Source: a virus (taxonomy: Duplodnaviria; Caudoviricetes). Taken from it: 24,617 nt of DNA. A program made the translations under genes and the position numbers. Under the pieces are notes generated by a model. It was not told where the DNA came from. It worked only from the letters and a program-made list of their open reading frames with translations, and ran no database searches. This document shows positions 8,770 to 17,879 of this stretch, in pieces. Within the stretch, counting starts at the first letter, position 1, and every line of letters starts with the position of its first letter. Location of the stretch: IMG/VR virus record IMGVR_UViG_3300038379_000200, positions 1 through 24,617 of that record; one strand, written 5' to 3'.

Positions 8770-10572
8770 TTACTCCTTGCTTTCTTTCTTGGTTTCGGAT
8801 TTTGCACCGTCTCCACGTTGCTTATCCTTCACTGTCCCTTCGGCAGTGGTATCCATTGAGGCTTTCTTTTCCGCTGCTCCGCCTCCTGACGGATTTGCAT
8901 CTTGGTCAGAAACACCACGAGCCGCTGCGTTAGGTGCAGGCTTTGCAGCCGCCTGACTTTCCGCAATGCGCGCGAGTCGTTCAGCATGATCATCGGCAGC
9001 CTTCTCGACAGTGCCTTCAGGGTAGCCGCGAAGCTGGGAGGCAGTCTCCAAGTCGCACACCCCGATTTCGACATCTTTCGCGATGACTTCGGGATCAACT
9101 GTGTAGCCCTTCGCCTTATCGATTTCAGCATCAATCTTGCGAAGTTGCTCGACAGAGACATTGCGAGAAACAGTGAGACGGGCAATCCGCTTTGCGACTT
9201 CTTTTTGGTAAGTCTTGGACGGAACTGTGCCCGATACCTTCTGAAGAGTCTGAGCCTCTGCTTGCTTCTCTTCAGGAGACCTAATCTCATAGGTCTCAGG
9301 ATAATTCACTGTCGCTTCGCCCTTGTTCTCGTAGGCATTCCAGAACTGGGCAACCTTTCGCTCCATCGTCTCAAGTTCCATACCGATGCAGCTTAGCCCA
9401 GCCTCCAGAACATCGTTGTCAGCTTTCTTGCTGTCAGCGGATTGCCCTCTTGGCTGAAGATTGGCAACACTAAGGTTGACCAACAGCCTGATTTCTTCCT
9501 TGAGCTGCTCCTGCTTTTCCATCGAAGCCTTCAACGGTTCCGCCGAAGGATGGATGAACTGCGGACGCTCAAGACCCTTAGGATAACGACGGCCCGTCGT
9601 TGTCCCAACACGTACCTCTTCAGCCTTAGCACTCGCAGCATCGGAAGCCTCCCCTCCAGAACCTTGGCTAGGAGTCCTCAAATGAGGGCTGACAGCACGC
9701 GGCTCGTATTGCTCTATATAGAACGGAAAGTTCGCAAACAAAGCATACGCGATATCCGACGAAGCCAGATTCAGAAGTGCAACCTGGTAGTTCGCTACCT
9801 CCGAAAGGAGGGAGTCAGAAAGCTCCATTAGCACAAACGGAATCCGCTTGATTTCCAGAACGATTTCAGTGTCCATTCCTTCAGCCTTAGTGCCATCCTT
9901 GTAGGCCAGCTCGCTATCCTTGTCATAGTATTGACAATGGACAAAGCCATCGTCTCCAATCCACAATCGCTTATAACGGCAAGATGTGCCAATGGGCAAA
10001 CCCGTCTCACCATCATACACGTTGTAGTAGTCTCGGAGCAAGACGTTTGTGAACTCATTGTTGTTTGCCTCTTCGTCATAGCACCACGACCGAATATCTT
10101 CAGTGTGGTACATGTACAAATAAGGCCGAGCATCAATTGAGTCCGCAATCGTCACACCTGACACTTCGGGCATGTCTAGATAGACACCAACCCGAGCCAT
10201 TGTCAGCAGTTCGGGCAAAATCCGGCGACCAATGAAACTCATCATTGACTCGCCGAGAAGGTTGACGCCTCCGTCCTTACCTTCGATTGCCCTTCGGTAC
10301 GTCTCAGACCCACCAACACGGCTCACATCAATGAGCCGCTGGAAGATCGAGTTTTTGATTTCGTTCACAGCCTGCTTGGCAAAAGCAGGGTTGTACGTGA
10401 CCTTCTTTCGACGCTTGAAAGCAACTTCACCCTCTCGGGACGAAAATGGCTCCAAGTAAGCGTCAATGAAGTGCTGCCCACCCTCGTAGACATCACGCCA
10501 TTTTTGCCAGTCGGCGAACTTTTGCCCATAGTAAGGATGGGTAATAGTCGCGACTGTAACTTGATTACCCAT
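8770..10572 (-). CDS. Portal protein
   Basis: Follows terL; ~600 aa; HPYY..WQKWRDVYEGG..YL N-terminus, GVYLDMP, IPFV, acidic/Ala tail; GAGGTG RBS before ATG 10572 (GTG 10584 is the alternative). Confidence 0.85.
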   Translation of the reverse strand: MGNQVTVATITHPYYGQKFADWQKWRDVYEGGQHFIDAYLEPFSSREGEVAFKRRKKVTYNPAFAKQAVNEIKNSIFQRLIDVSRVGGSETYRRAIEGKDGGVNLLGESMMSFIGRRILPELLTMARVGVYLDMPEVSGVTIADSIDARPYLYMYHTEDIRSWCYDEEANNNEFTNVLLRDYYNVYDGETGLPIGTSCRYKRLWIGDDGFVHCQYYDKDSELAYKDGTKAEGMDTEIVLEIKRIPFVLMELSDSLLSEVANYQVALLNLASSDIAYALFANFPFYIEQYEPRAVSPHLRTPSQGSGGEASDAASAKAEEVRVGTTTGRRYPKGLERPQFIHPSAEPLKASMEKQEQLKEEIRLLVNLSVANLQPRGQSADSKKADNDVLEAGLSCIGMELETMERKVAQFWNAYENKGEATVNYPETYEIRSPEEKQAEAQTLQKVSGTVPSKTYQKEVAKRIARLTVSRNVSVEQLRKIDAEIDKAKGYTVDPEVIAKDVEIGVCDLETASQLRGYPEGTVEKAADDHAERLARIAESQAAAKPAPNAAARGVSDQDANPSGGGAAEKKASMDTTAEGTVKDKQRGDGAKSETKKESKE

Positions 10573-10580
10573 TGAACACC

Positions 10581-12248
10581 TCACTCCACGATGTCTTGCG
10601 GATTTGCCATACTCGCAGCAAATTGCAGAGCGATCTCTGCATAGTTACGAGCATGAGCATAATGGTCCTCATCGTTAGGGGACACGTACTTACCGACCGG
10701 ATTTCCAGTTGTGTCTTTCTCATAGACACGAACGGGGGTCTTGATATGCTCTTTGTACTCTCGCGGCGAATCAACAGGGATTTTAATCATCCCTTCTTTC
10801 TTGAACCGCCCGAGAGACAAATCCAACCAAGCCGTCCGATCAACCTTGACAAGATGCTCGCCTTGGAAAGCATCATTTTCGTTGCCGAAGTGAATTTGCT
10901 TTCCAGCAATTCCAGCAACATAGATGCAGAGCTTGACGAATCCATTGAAACGGCAAGCAAATTCGTGTGCCTTGCGTCTTTCAGGATTTGCGTCAATGAC
11001 GCAACAAGACACAGCGAACTTCCGAAGCAAATCATCCAGTTCCTCGAAATCCCGGCACTTGCCCATTGCAAGCACGCGAGCAAAAGCTGCCACGTTCATG
11101 TCAACTGTGTTCGTTACAATGCCCAACGTCCACAAGTCAACCTCCCAATGCAGCCATTTGCCAACGTCCACACCCATTGTGATAAGCCCGTTATGTGGGG
11201 CATACTCATGAATGCGGTACTCGCCAGTGTTACGACGAATGTCTTCGTCAGACACGCCAGCACCAGCAACAATGTGTGGCATTCCGAGCTTCGAGTTGTA
11301 GAACTCTTGTTCCTCGGCTGGATCTCGCAGAGACTTCAAGTAAGACACAGCGATTTCATGTGGTCTACCAGCCAAAGCTGACGAGTAGAGCTGATTAACA
11401 TGAAACCCCCGTCCTTGTGTACCTGCAAATTGAGAGATCCACTGCCCATTAGCAAGCCACTCCCACTTTGTTTCATGGTGCAGCTTATTCTTGCACTCCT
11501 TGCACTTGTAGAACGACTCCAACACCTTTGGGTCATTGATGTCTTCTGCTGTGATTTCAAGACATTCTGGAAAGATAATTTCCGTCCATCTTGAACAACA
11601 CGGACACTTGAAGAAGTAGTGTTCTTGAGTTGTATTCAGATACATCTCATGAATGCCAGTCTTCGGAATAGTAGGCGTTGAAATCGCCCACACCTGCTTC
11701 TCGATTTGACCAGCAGACCGCTCAAGTGCTAGCCGAACATTGTCTTTGTCCATTTCGTCAAGCTCATCAAGCACAATCATACCAGTCGGAATCGATTTCA
11801 ACTGGTTACGCGCTCTAGAACCACGAACAAACAAGTTGACATTACCGGCTCGTTTGTGTCCGACGTTATCAACATCGGAGAACATCTTACCTAGATGTGC
11901 TGACATCTCGATCGCGGGATTGAATCGCGATGCAGAGAAATCACTAGCATCCGGGTTAGCTGTCGGAAGGACATACAAACAATCAATTGCTCGAATGTCC
12001 ATCATGTAGAACACCCTGTTCAGGGCAGTTTCTGTATAACCTGCCTGAGCAGATTTCATACCGACATTGAATTCTGCATCACTGTCGTGCATCTCCCGAA
12101 GCCAGGGATGCCATTTGAAGGTCCAAGGGCCAGGAAAGGGCTTTCCCATAACCCGGCATGCTTCAGCCCATCGAGAGCAAGTTGTCAGCGATTTTCGCTT
12201 CAGCCCAGAAGCCACTCGCTCTGCGAGAAGACGTGCAATATCGTTCAT
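10581..12248 (-). CDS. terL: Terminase large subunit, lambda gpA-like family
   Basis: Walker A KSAQAGYTE, Walker B VLDELDEM, STPT, CPCC/CKEC zinc ligands, GVDVG nuclease and DHYAHA; ATGA-coupled start at 12248. Confidence 0.93.
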   Translation of the reverse strand: MNDIARLLAERVASGLKRKSLTTCSRWAEACRVMGKPFPGPWTFKWHPWLREMHDSDAEFNVGMKSAQAGYTETALNRVFYMMDIRAIDCLYVLPTANPDASDFSASRFNPAIEMSAHLGKMFSDVDNVGHKRAGNVNLFVRGSRARNQLKSIPTGMIVLDELDEMDKDNVRLALERSAGQIEKQVWAISTPTIPKTGIHEMYLNTTQEHYFFKCPCCSRWTEIIFPECLEITAEDINDPKVLESFYKCKECKNKLHHETKWEWLANGQWISQFAGTQGRGFHVNQLYSSALAGRPHEIAVSYLKSLRDPAEEQEFYNSKLGMPHIVAGAGVSDEDIRRNTGEYRIHEYAPHNGLITMGVDVGKWLHWEVDLWTLGIVTNTVDMNVAAFARVLAMGKCRDFEELDDLLRKFAVSCCVIDANPERRKAHEFACRFNGFVKLCIYVAGIAGKQIHFGNENDAFQGEHLVKVDRTAWLDLSLGRFKKEGMIKIPVDSPREYKEHIKTPVRVYEKDTTGNPVGKYVSPNDEDHYAHARNYAEIALQFAASMANPQDIVE

Positions 12249-12328
12249 GTTGCCAGCCACACGATGATTTTGAGGATCACGTAGATAATCAGGCCAAAAA
12301 CAAGCACGTCGGCTGAGAATTTGGACAT
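12245..12328 (-). CDS. 27-aa membrane peptide (not in ORF track)
   Basis: GGAG RBS; MSKFSADVLVFGLIIYVILKIIVWLAT; its TGA overlaps the terL ATG (ATGA). Confidence 0.55.
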   Translation of the reverse strand: MSKFSADVLVFGLIIYVILKIIVWLAT

Positions 12329-12329
12329 T

Positions 12330-12586
12330 TCAACTCCAAATAAGCATATGGAGTGTGTCTTTGTCATTGCCTACCGCATATATCATGTCGTAATCGACAT
12401 TCGGTAGCCAGACCCACTCTCCCGGTTCAAGAGGAAAGCCAGTGTTAACAGTGACGTTGCTTGCACCAATAAAATGGTGTCCTTGTTCTTTTTGGCGGCT
12501 TTCAAAAGCACTTTGCAAGTGCTTTTGTAGTCACACAGCTTTTCAGCCGTTTCCTTTACCGCCATTTTCAATGTTTTGAGGGTCAT
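12330..12586 (-). pseudogene. ~85-aa phage protein split by a 1-bp frameshift
   Basis: MTLKTL..VLLKAAKKNKDTI in one frame continues as FIGASNVTVNTGFPLEPGEWVWL.. in the -1 frame at the T4 run (plus-strand AAAA 12471-12474). Confidence 0.6.
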
Positions 12587-12701
12587 AAAACGCCCTTTTG
12601 ACGGATTTTGCGACCGCTCTCCCCATTGGGAGCGGTACACCGTTGCCTCGAACCTCATACTGCATTGGACTGTTGAGGACCGTCACAGCTTCAATTTTCA
12701 C
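12543..12701 (-). pseudogene. 52-aa ORF carrying a C5 DNA-methyltransferase motif X-like remnant
   Basis: GTGA overlap with terS stop; MKIEAVTVLNSPMQYEVRGNGVPLPMGRAVAKSVKRAFY... Confidence 0.45.
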
Positions 12702-13249
12702 GGTTCTTTCTTGCTTGAGGATTGGGCTTTGACAATTGCATCAACAATGCCTTGCCCAATTGCATCCAAAGCGTCTTCGTTCGACACGTACCGGCTGACG
12801 ATTTCGACAATCTGGGCACCAATATTAAGTGCAGCAGATTTGTCAAGCAGCAGACCGGACGACTGTTCCAAGCGATGGCACGAGGAAACAAGTTTCTCGA
12901 TTCGCGTTGCCAAATCGCTCAAACGGTTGGAGTACATAAGCAGGGTGGTTGAATCATGGCAAACACCAAGAATTTCTTCCATCAGAAGCCGCAGGATGCC
13001 GATTTCCTCCCGCAGCCCCTTAACCTGCTCATGATCGGCCAGTTCGCCGACACGGCTCTGCCACTTTGAAAGCTGGTAGATTCTTCTAGCCTTGTTGGCT
13101 TGAGCAGTCGCTTGGGAAGGCCCACAGTGCATCGGACAGTAATTGCTCCCGTCCAATGCCTTGTAAGGACACTGCCCATTACGGTAGCTGCCCTGACAGC
13201 GACGAGGGTCATCGGCTTCAACCCTCGTGAACTTGCTTTCAATGGGCAT
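12698..13249 (-). CDS. terS: Terminase small subunit (probable)
   Basis: N-terminal RC..C..YCPMH zinc motif, LREEIGILRLL helical core, size and position upstream of terL. Confidence 0.65.
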   Translation of the reverse strand: MPIESKFTRVEADDPRRCQGSYRNGQCPYKALDGSNYCPMHCGPSQATAQANKARRIYQLSKWQSRVGELADHEQVKGLREEIGILRLLMEEILGVCHDSTTLLMYSNRLSDLATRIEKLVSSCHRLEQSSGLLLDKSAALNIGAQIVEIVSRYVSNEDALDAIGQGIVDAIVKAQSSSKKEP

Positions 13250-13261
13250 GACCGTGACTCC

Positions 13262-13681
13262 TTACTTGTCGTTGAGCTTCTTCAGAAGCTCCTTGAGCTT
13301 GTTGATTTCCTCAGGACTCAGGCCGGGGCCTTCCTTCGGAGCGGGGCTTCCCTTCGGGACAGGCGGAGCCGGTGCCCGATCGTAGCCATCAAACTGCCCG
13401 TACCCCTTCAGATACCAGCAGTGCCCGTCCCAATAATAGTACCCAGCCGGGAACCAGCGACTCTTGTACCAAGTCGCCTCGTACCATGTGTACGAGTAAT
13501 CGTAGCTCGACTTGTAGCTCGGAGCCGAGTAGCCATAGCCGTAATTGTACGGCTTGTAGTAACTGTGGCCATAGTTGTAACTGTGGCCATAGTTGTAACT
13601 GTGGCCATAGCCCCGATACTGTGCTTGCGAAATCGAAGCAAGACCGAGCAGGACCAGCAGACAGAGAACGAAACGGTACAT
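13262..13681 (-). CDS. Secreted Tyr/Gly/Trp-rich protein
   Basis: Signal peptide MYRFVLCLLVLLGLASISQA; YGHSY repeats; GYYYWDG; Pro linker and amphipathic C-terminal helix; GAGG RBS. Confidence 0.75.
   Translation of the reverse strand: MYRFVLCLLVLLGLASISQAQYRGYGHSYNYGHSYNYGHSYYKPYNYGYGYSAPSYKSSYDYSYTWYEATWYKSRWFPAGYYYWDGHCWYLKGYGQFDGYDRAPAPPVPKGSPAPKEGPGLSPEEINKLKELLKKLNDK
13559..13610. repeat. 18-bp tandem repeat x2.9 (encodes YGHSYN)
   Basis: GTAACTGTGGCCATAGTT at 13559, 13577 and partial at 13595. Confidence 0.9.
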
Positions 13682-13704
13682 GATTTTCCTCTGGATGCGA
13701 AACC

Positions 13705-13732
13705 ACCCTCGCCGGCACGAACCGGCGAGGGT
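13705..13732. terminator. 11-bp intergenic stem-loop
   Basis: ACCCTCGCCGG-CACGAA-CCGGCGAGGGT; T-rich tail on the plus strand only. Confidence 0.5.
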
Positions 13733-13741
13733 TTTGGTTTC

Positions 13742-14338
13742 TTAGTAGCCGGTGCGAACGCGAGCGCGGAATTGGCTCACAGCACCACAGTGGCCTGCTG
13801 TCTCACGAAGGATAACCTTCTCGGTCACGACTTGCGGTGTAGCAACCTCACGAAGAATCACCTTCTCCGTCGGCTGAGGGTCAACGACCTCCTGGGCCTT
13901 GTAAGCCTCGGTGCCGAGCTGACCGACCACAACCGGATAGACTCGGACCTGTTGAACAGCCGGATAAGCGGCAAACTGCTGAATCCGGACCTGATCAACA
14001 TGCCGATTACGCAGCACAATCTGCTGGGTCACAACACGCGGCGTGTTCACAACCACCCGCTGGGCGCGAGGAGTGTTGACCACGATTTGTTGCCGGTTCA
14101 CGCGAACCTTAGCCGTGTCGGTCTTGACCACGACCTGATTTCGGGCACGCGGCGTAAAAGCCGTCACAATCGTGCGAGGCACGAAGCCCACAACACGATT
14201 GATGCCGCGACCGAGTGCTGTAGCAACCGGGAAGCGACGCCCTGTGTTGATTTCGACGCGAGTACGAGCCGGAGCCGCCGCGTCTGCGGTCAGAGCGAAC
14301 AGAAGGAACGCAACTGCCGCGAAGAGAAACTTCTTCAT
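13742..14338 (-). CDS. Secreted Val/Arg/Gln-rich low-complexity protein (198 aa)
   Basis: GGAGGT RBS before ATG 14338; signal peptide MKKFLFAAVAFLLFALTADA; repeats VVNTPR x2 and TEKVILRE x2. Confidence 0.75.
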   Translation of the reverse strand: MKKFLFAAVAFLLFALTADAAAPARTRVEINTGRRFPVATALGRGINRVVGFVPRTIVTAFTPRARNQVVVKTDTAKVRVNRQQIVVNTPRAQRVVVNTPRVVTQQIVLRNRHVDQVRIQQFAAYPAVQQVRVYPVVVGQLGTEAYKAQEVVDPQPTEKVILREVATPQVVTEKVILRETAGHCGAVSQFRARVRTGY

Positions 14339-14497
14339 TTCGACCTCCTTTGTTGTTTCATTCCGACAACAGGATTTGAGTAACACTCCCATTGCCGTAC
14401 AAATCTTCACCCGGTCCCGGAGTAAAAAAGTTGAATGTGAACTGATTTTCAGTTCGTTGATAGCCTGTCTTCTCGAACACAACTCGAACAAAAGGAG

Positions 14498-15211
14498 TTA
14501 GTCCTTTCGAGCGGCTTTTGCCCAAGCGTAAAAGAGCTTGACCTCTTCGTCAGCAATGCTCTTTCCACCCTTGGGCATTTCCCCACTGTTGACCAGACCG
14601 AAAGCCTCCCAGACCTTCCCAGCGGGCAGATCAGTCAGCTTGCCATCCGTGGTTACGAACTTGGTGTACTTCGACCCTGCGCCGTGACACTTGGCACAGG
14701 AATCATTGACTGTCTTCAGCAGATTCGCGTCCTGGTGGGCACCAGCACGGTCGTCGCCAAGATCCTTTTCCTTTGGCTTGGTGCCAGAAGGAGTTCCACC
14801 GCCAGTGGTGGGCGTTGTTCTGGGTGTCGATTTCAACTCACCTTGCATTCGCAGCAAACGTCCAACGATGGCGTCTGCCAGCAAGTCTTGAGCCGCAGCA
14901 CTGTTGATCGAATAGTAGTGATCTCGATTCACTTCGACCTGAATGGCCTTAGGAACCAAAATCACTGTCTCCTTGTACTTGTAGTCATGATGGTCATACG
15001 GCCAGTATCGACCATCACTCCAATAGTACAAGGGACCACGATCGCCACCCTTATACTCATAGTAATAACCACCGCTGTAATAATACAGCGTTGGCGACTT
15101 ATGAGTGGGCAAGTACGTCGAGTACGAAGTCCTTGCCCTGAGATGGCAGTCGCTCGCGAGAGCGAAACCTGTCGTGATGAACACGAGCAGGGCAGCGAAC
15201 ATCTTCTTCAT
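14498..15211 (-). CDS. Secreted protein with C-terminal c-type cytochrome domain (237 aa)
   Basis: ATGA-coupled start; signal peptide MKKMFAALLVFITTGFALA; Tyr-rich N-half; CAKCH (14684-14698) and distal GEMPK candidate Met ligand. Confidence 0.75.
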   Translation of the reverse strand: MKKMFAALLVFITTGFALASDCHLRARTSYSTYLPTHKSPTLYYYSGGYYYEYKGGDRGPLYYWSDGRYWPYDHHDYKYKETVILVPKAIQVEVNRDHYYSINSAAAQDLLADAIVGRLLRMQGELKSTPRTTPTTGGGTPSGTKPKEKDLGDDRAGAHQDANLLKTVNDSCAKCHGAGSKYTKFVTTDGKLTDLPAGKVWEAFGLVNSGEMPKGGKSIADEEVKLFYAWAKAARKD

Positions 15212-16749
15212 TTCTTGCTCGCATTCAGTTGAAGGACCATTTCTTTGTATCCATCGACTTCCCATGTTCTTCGAGGAATGCTGAGTCCTCGCACAAGCAT
15301 GAGAATTCGAGCCTTCGTGCTGTTCACCGCAACGAGCTTAAAATCAGCCTCAGTAAGGCCCATTTCGGCTGCTGCGACCTTCAACGTGACCGGAGCATCG
15401 TACTCGTCACGCCAGATTTTCAACTGAAGTGCATTTTCACCAGGCCGGAAACCACTTGTCCGTTGAATGAACTTCGTGAACCGGGTCTGTTCAGTTTCTA
15501 GCTTGTCCTGCCAATCAAGGAAGAACGCCCTAGCACCAACAGCTTTGTCCTTCTTCTTGAAGAGAATGTCGATGCCCGATTTGAGCATGTCCTCGACAAG
15601 ATTTTGCGGCTTGATGAACTTTTGCTCATGGCAAATGAAGCACGATCCAGGTGTACGCACCCGAGCGTCGAACTTCAAATCGCTTGTATCAGTTGCAAAT
15701 CGATTGTCTGCGGTCTGAACAATATTACCCTTCTTATCGACAAGGAGAGCAGCCAGACCACCACAAGGCGTATCTGTCAAAATCTCCCCAGCGTCGAACT
15801 CAAAGTCTTTGTTCAGAGTTTCGGCAAAGTCACGTTTGCCAGTTGTTTCCTTTACGTCATACGCCTTGTAGTAGGAACCAGTGTTAGTAATGATTCGCTC
15901 AACAAGACGATTTTGACGTGCAACAATCGAGACGCCCTTTTCTTGGCCTTCGACAACAGCACCGTGTCGAGTGTCAATCTTGAACTCTTTTAGGTGTGCG
16001 CGGAACTTGTCCACAGCGAACACCTTCTCGAATTCCGCCTCGTTCTTTGGGAAATCTTGAAACCCGCCGACTTTGCGAGTTACTTCTTTCTTGACTGCTG
16101 GTATGGTCCTTTCATACATATAACCATCCGTGTGCCTGAAGATTTCTTTCTTCTCAGGCGTAACCACAACAGTCTCGGTGACAGTCTTTGTCTTCCCAAA
16201 GCGGAATTTGGCGAACAGAGCGTCATAATACGACGGAGAACGATCAGCTTCCATCGTCTCACGGAAGAACCAGTCAGCTCTGACAATGGCTTCCGCATGC
16301 AGTGTTTTGGGGTCTTGGTCTACCCCGATCATCTTGCGAAGCAAGATTGCGGTGGCAGAATCAACAGCCGGCTCTCTGAAATAAGGCTCTCGTCGAGCGA
16401 TAGCTGACCAGCTTTCAGCATTCCAGCCTAGCTCACGGAGATCGATCGCATATAGCAATCCATCTGTTCCGGGAACCTCTTCAGCAAATGAGACAGCCGA
16501 CTCAAGGTGCAGTTGATTGATCCAAAATCGCATCGATTTGACGCGCTTACCAACTGCTTTGTTTTGGGCATAGTTGTAATAGGAAAGTGCGCGGAAGTTA
16601 CACGCTTCAGCAGGATCTTTCCTTTTCAACCACGCATAGAGTTTCTGGGCGTGAGAGTCAGCACTCGGAGGCGCTTTCTCCCTCGCCCCTTCCGCGCCTA
16701 GCAGAAAGGTGAAACAAAGCAGGGTGAAAGCGCCCCAGAGATATCGCAT
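15208..16749 (-). CDS. Large secreted CxxCH (putative c-type haem) protein
   Basis: GAGG RBS; signal peptide; SCFICH (CxxCH at 15628-15642); NRLVER..YYKAYD..FDAGEI..P.G..L pattern recalled from planctomycete-type cytochrome c proteins. Confidence 0.7.
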   Translation of the reverse strand: MRYLWGAFTLLCFTFLLGAEGAREKAPPSADSHAQKLYAWLKRKDPAEACNFRALSYYNYAQNKAVGKRVKSMRFWINQLHLESAVSFAEEVPGTDGLLYAIDLRELGWNAESWSAIARREPYFREPAVDSATAILLRKMIGVDQDPKTLHAEAIVRADWFFRETMEADRSPSYYDALFAKFRFGKTKTVTETVVVTPEKKEIFRHTDGYMYERTIPAVKKEVTRKVGGFQDFPKNEAEFEKVFAVDKFRAHLKEFKIDTRHGAVVEGQEKGVSIVARQNRLVERIITNTGSYYKAYDVKETTGKRDFAETLNKDFEFDAGEILTDTPCGGLAALLVDKKGNIVQTADNRFATDTSDLKFDARVRTPGSCFICHEQKFIKPQNLVEDMLKSGIDILFKKKDKAVGARAFFLDWQDKLETEQTRFTKFIQRTSGFRPGENALQLKIWRDEYDAPVTLKVAAAEMGLTEADFKLVAVNSTKARILMLVRGLSIPRRTWEVDGYKEMVLQLNASKK

Positions 16750-16758
16750 GATTTTACC

Positions 16759-17547
16759 TCACGCGGTAAGGAGCCTTGTGATGCGGCAACCATCAATGGT
16801 CATCTTGCCTTGAACACGGATGACATATTCCTCGAACTTGGTGGGAGGCGGATCGTCCTTGGCGGGAGGCAAAGGACTGCCATATCGTGCCACAAGTTCA
16901 GCAATGTCACCTGCTTGAGGCTCCCAGATGTTCCGACTGTATGTCGGAGCATTCAGATTGCCCGCACCAATGTGCCCAAGACCGAGAGCGTGACTCAACT
17001 CGTGACAAGCAACGCGGATAAAATCAATCCCGCTGCCAGCACCGTTGAACATGCCCCACGGCTCGCCATTGTCATACCACTGTCGGCAGACCTGGACGCC
17101 ACCGCAAGGTAGCTCGCTTTCCGCAAGCACGCCCATAGGACCATCGATTCCACGCGAACCAATTTTGATCCGCGCTCGAGGGTTGCCTGGCGTAAATTGC
17201 GGACGGATGCCGCAAACACGCTTGATCCGATTCAGAGCTTCGGTTACACCCTCTTGGACCTGCCCACGGGACAGGCCCTTGATATCAGCAACAATGTTCC
17301 AAGTGATTTCACCATCAGGCCACTTGCAGACAGATTGACCAACAGCCATCACATCAGGCAATGCACAGATGCGCGGTTCGTTGATGTGGTCCTCGATGTC
17401 GCTCATTGCGCTCAACCCGTGAAACGCAGCATACTGCGTTTGGGTTTGTTCGAGCATCTCAGGCGTTGTATTAGCCAGAGCGGCATCAAGGGATTTGTAC
17501 GCCGACCAGCCCAGCTTGAATAGCCGGACCAGCAATTCACTGTTCAT
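16759..17547 (-). CDS. Matrixin-like zinc metallopeptidase (M10)
   Basis: HELSHALGLGH metzincin motif, cysteine-switch-like PRICALPD, DGPMGVLA; GGAG RBS. Confidence 0.88.
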   Translation of the reverse strand: MNSELLVRLFKLGWSAYKSLDAALANTTPEMLEQTQTQYAAFHGLSAMSDIEDHINEPRICALPDVMAVGQSVCKWPDGEITWNIVADIKGLSRGQVQEGVTEALNRIKRVCGIRPQFTPGNPRARIKIGSRGIDGPMGVLAESELPCGGVQVCRQWYDNGEPWGMFNGAGSGIDFIRVACHELSHALGLGHIGAGNLNAPTYSRNIWEPQAGDIAELVARYGSPLPPAKDDPPPTKFEEYVIRVQGKMTIDGCRITRLLTA

Positions 17548-17614
17548 GTGCCGTTACTCCCTTGTTTGTGATTTCAAAGGGAGAGGATACCGTTAGTTGG
17601 ATCACCTCCCCTCC

Positions 17615-17630
17615 ATGATTTTGAAATCAT
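17615..17630. promoter_or_regulatory. 16-bp palindromic site ATGATTT-N2-AAATCAT
   Basis: ATGATTTTGAAATCAT; related copies at 17771, 19191, 21341, 21585. Confidence 0.55.
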
Positions 17631-17824
17631 ACATTTCTGGCCCTCGAAAACGAGAACGCCCTTTTGCAAAGAGGCTAGACCTCTGCACCTTATATTACTG
17701 CGGAACTGGCCCGTGTTGCTCAACAATTCCGGGAATTTTGTGCGTTCTGGAAAATGCTATGTTAAAATCGATGATTTGAAAATCCAAGCATTTTGGAAAT
17801 CAAATCAATTTTGAATCTTTTTGG

Positions 17825-17853
17825 TTGACAGTGGGCGAAAAGTGTGCTAGAAT
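17825..17853 (+). promoter_or_regulatory. Sigma70-like promoter
   Basis: TTGACA-17 bp-TAGAAT with extended -10 TG and AT-rich upstream sequence. Confidence 0.8.
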
Positions 17854-17879
17854 GAGGTAGCGGAGCGTGCGCTTCGCAA

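Noticed and set aside
10572-11381. 269-aa plus-strand ORF
   Set aside because: Antisense shadow of terL
13100-14383. 427-aa plus-strand ORF
   Set aside because: Antisense to genes with clear RBS and signal peptides
17708-17720. Second sigma54-like motif TGGC..TTGC
   Set aside because: GG-to-GC spacing is 8 rather than the required 10
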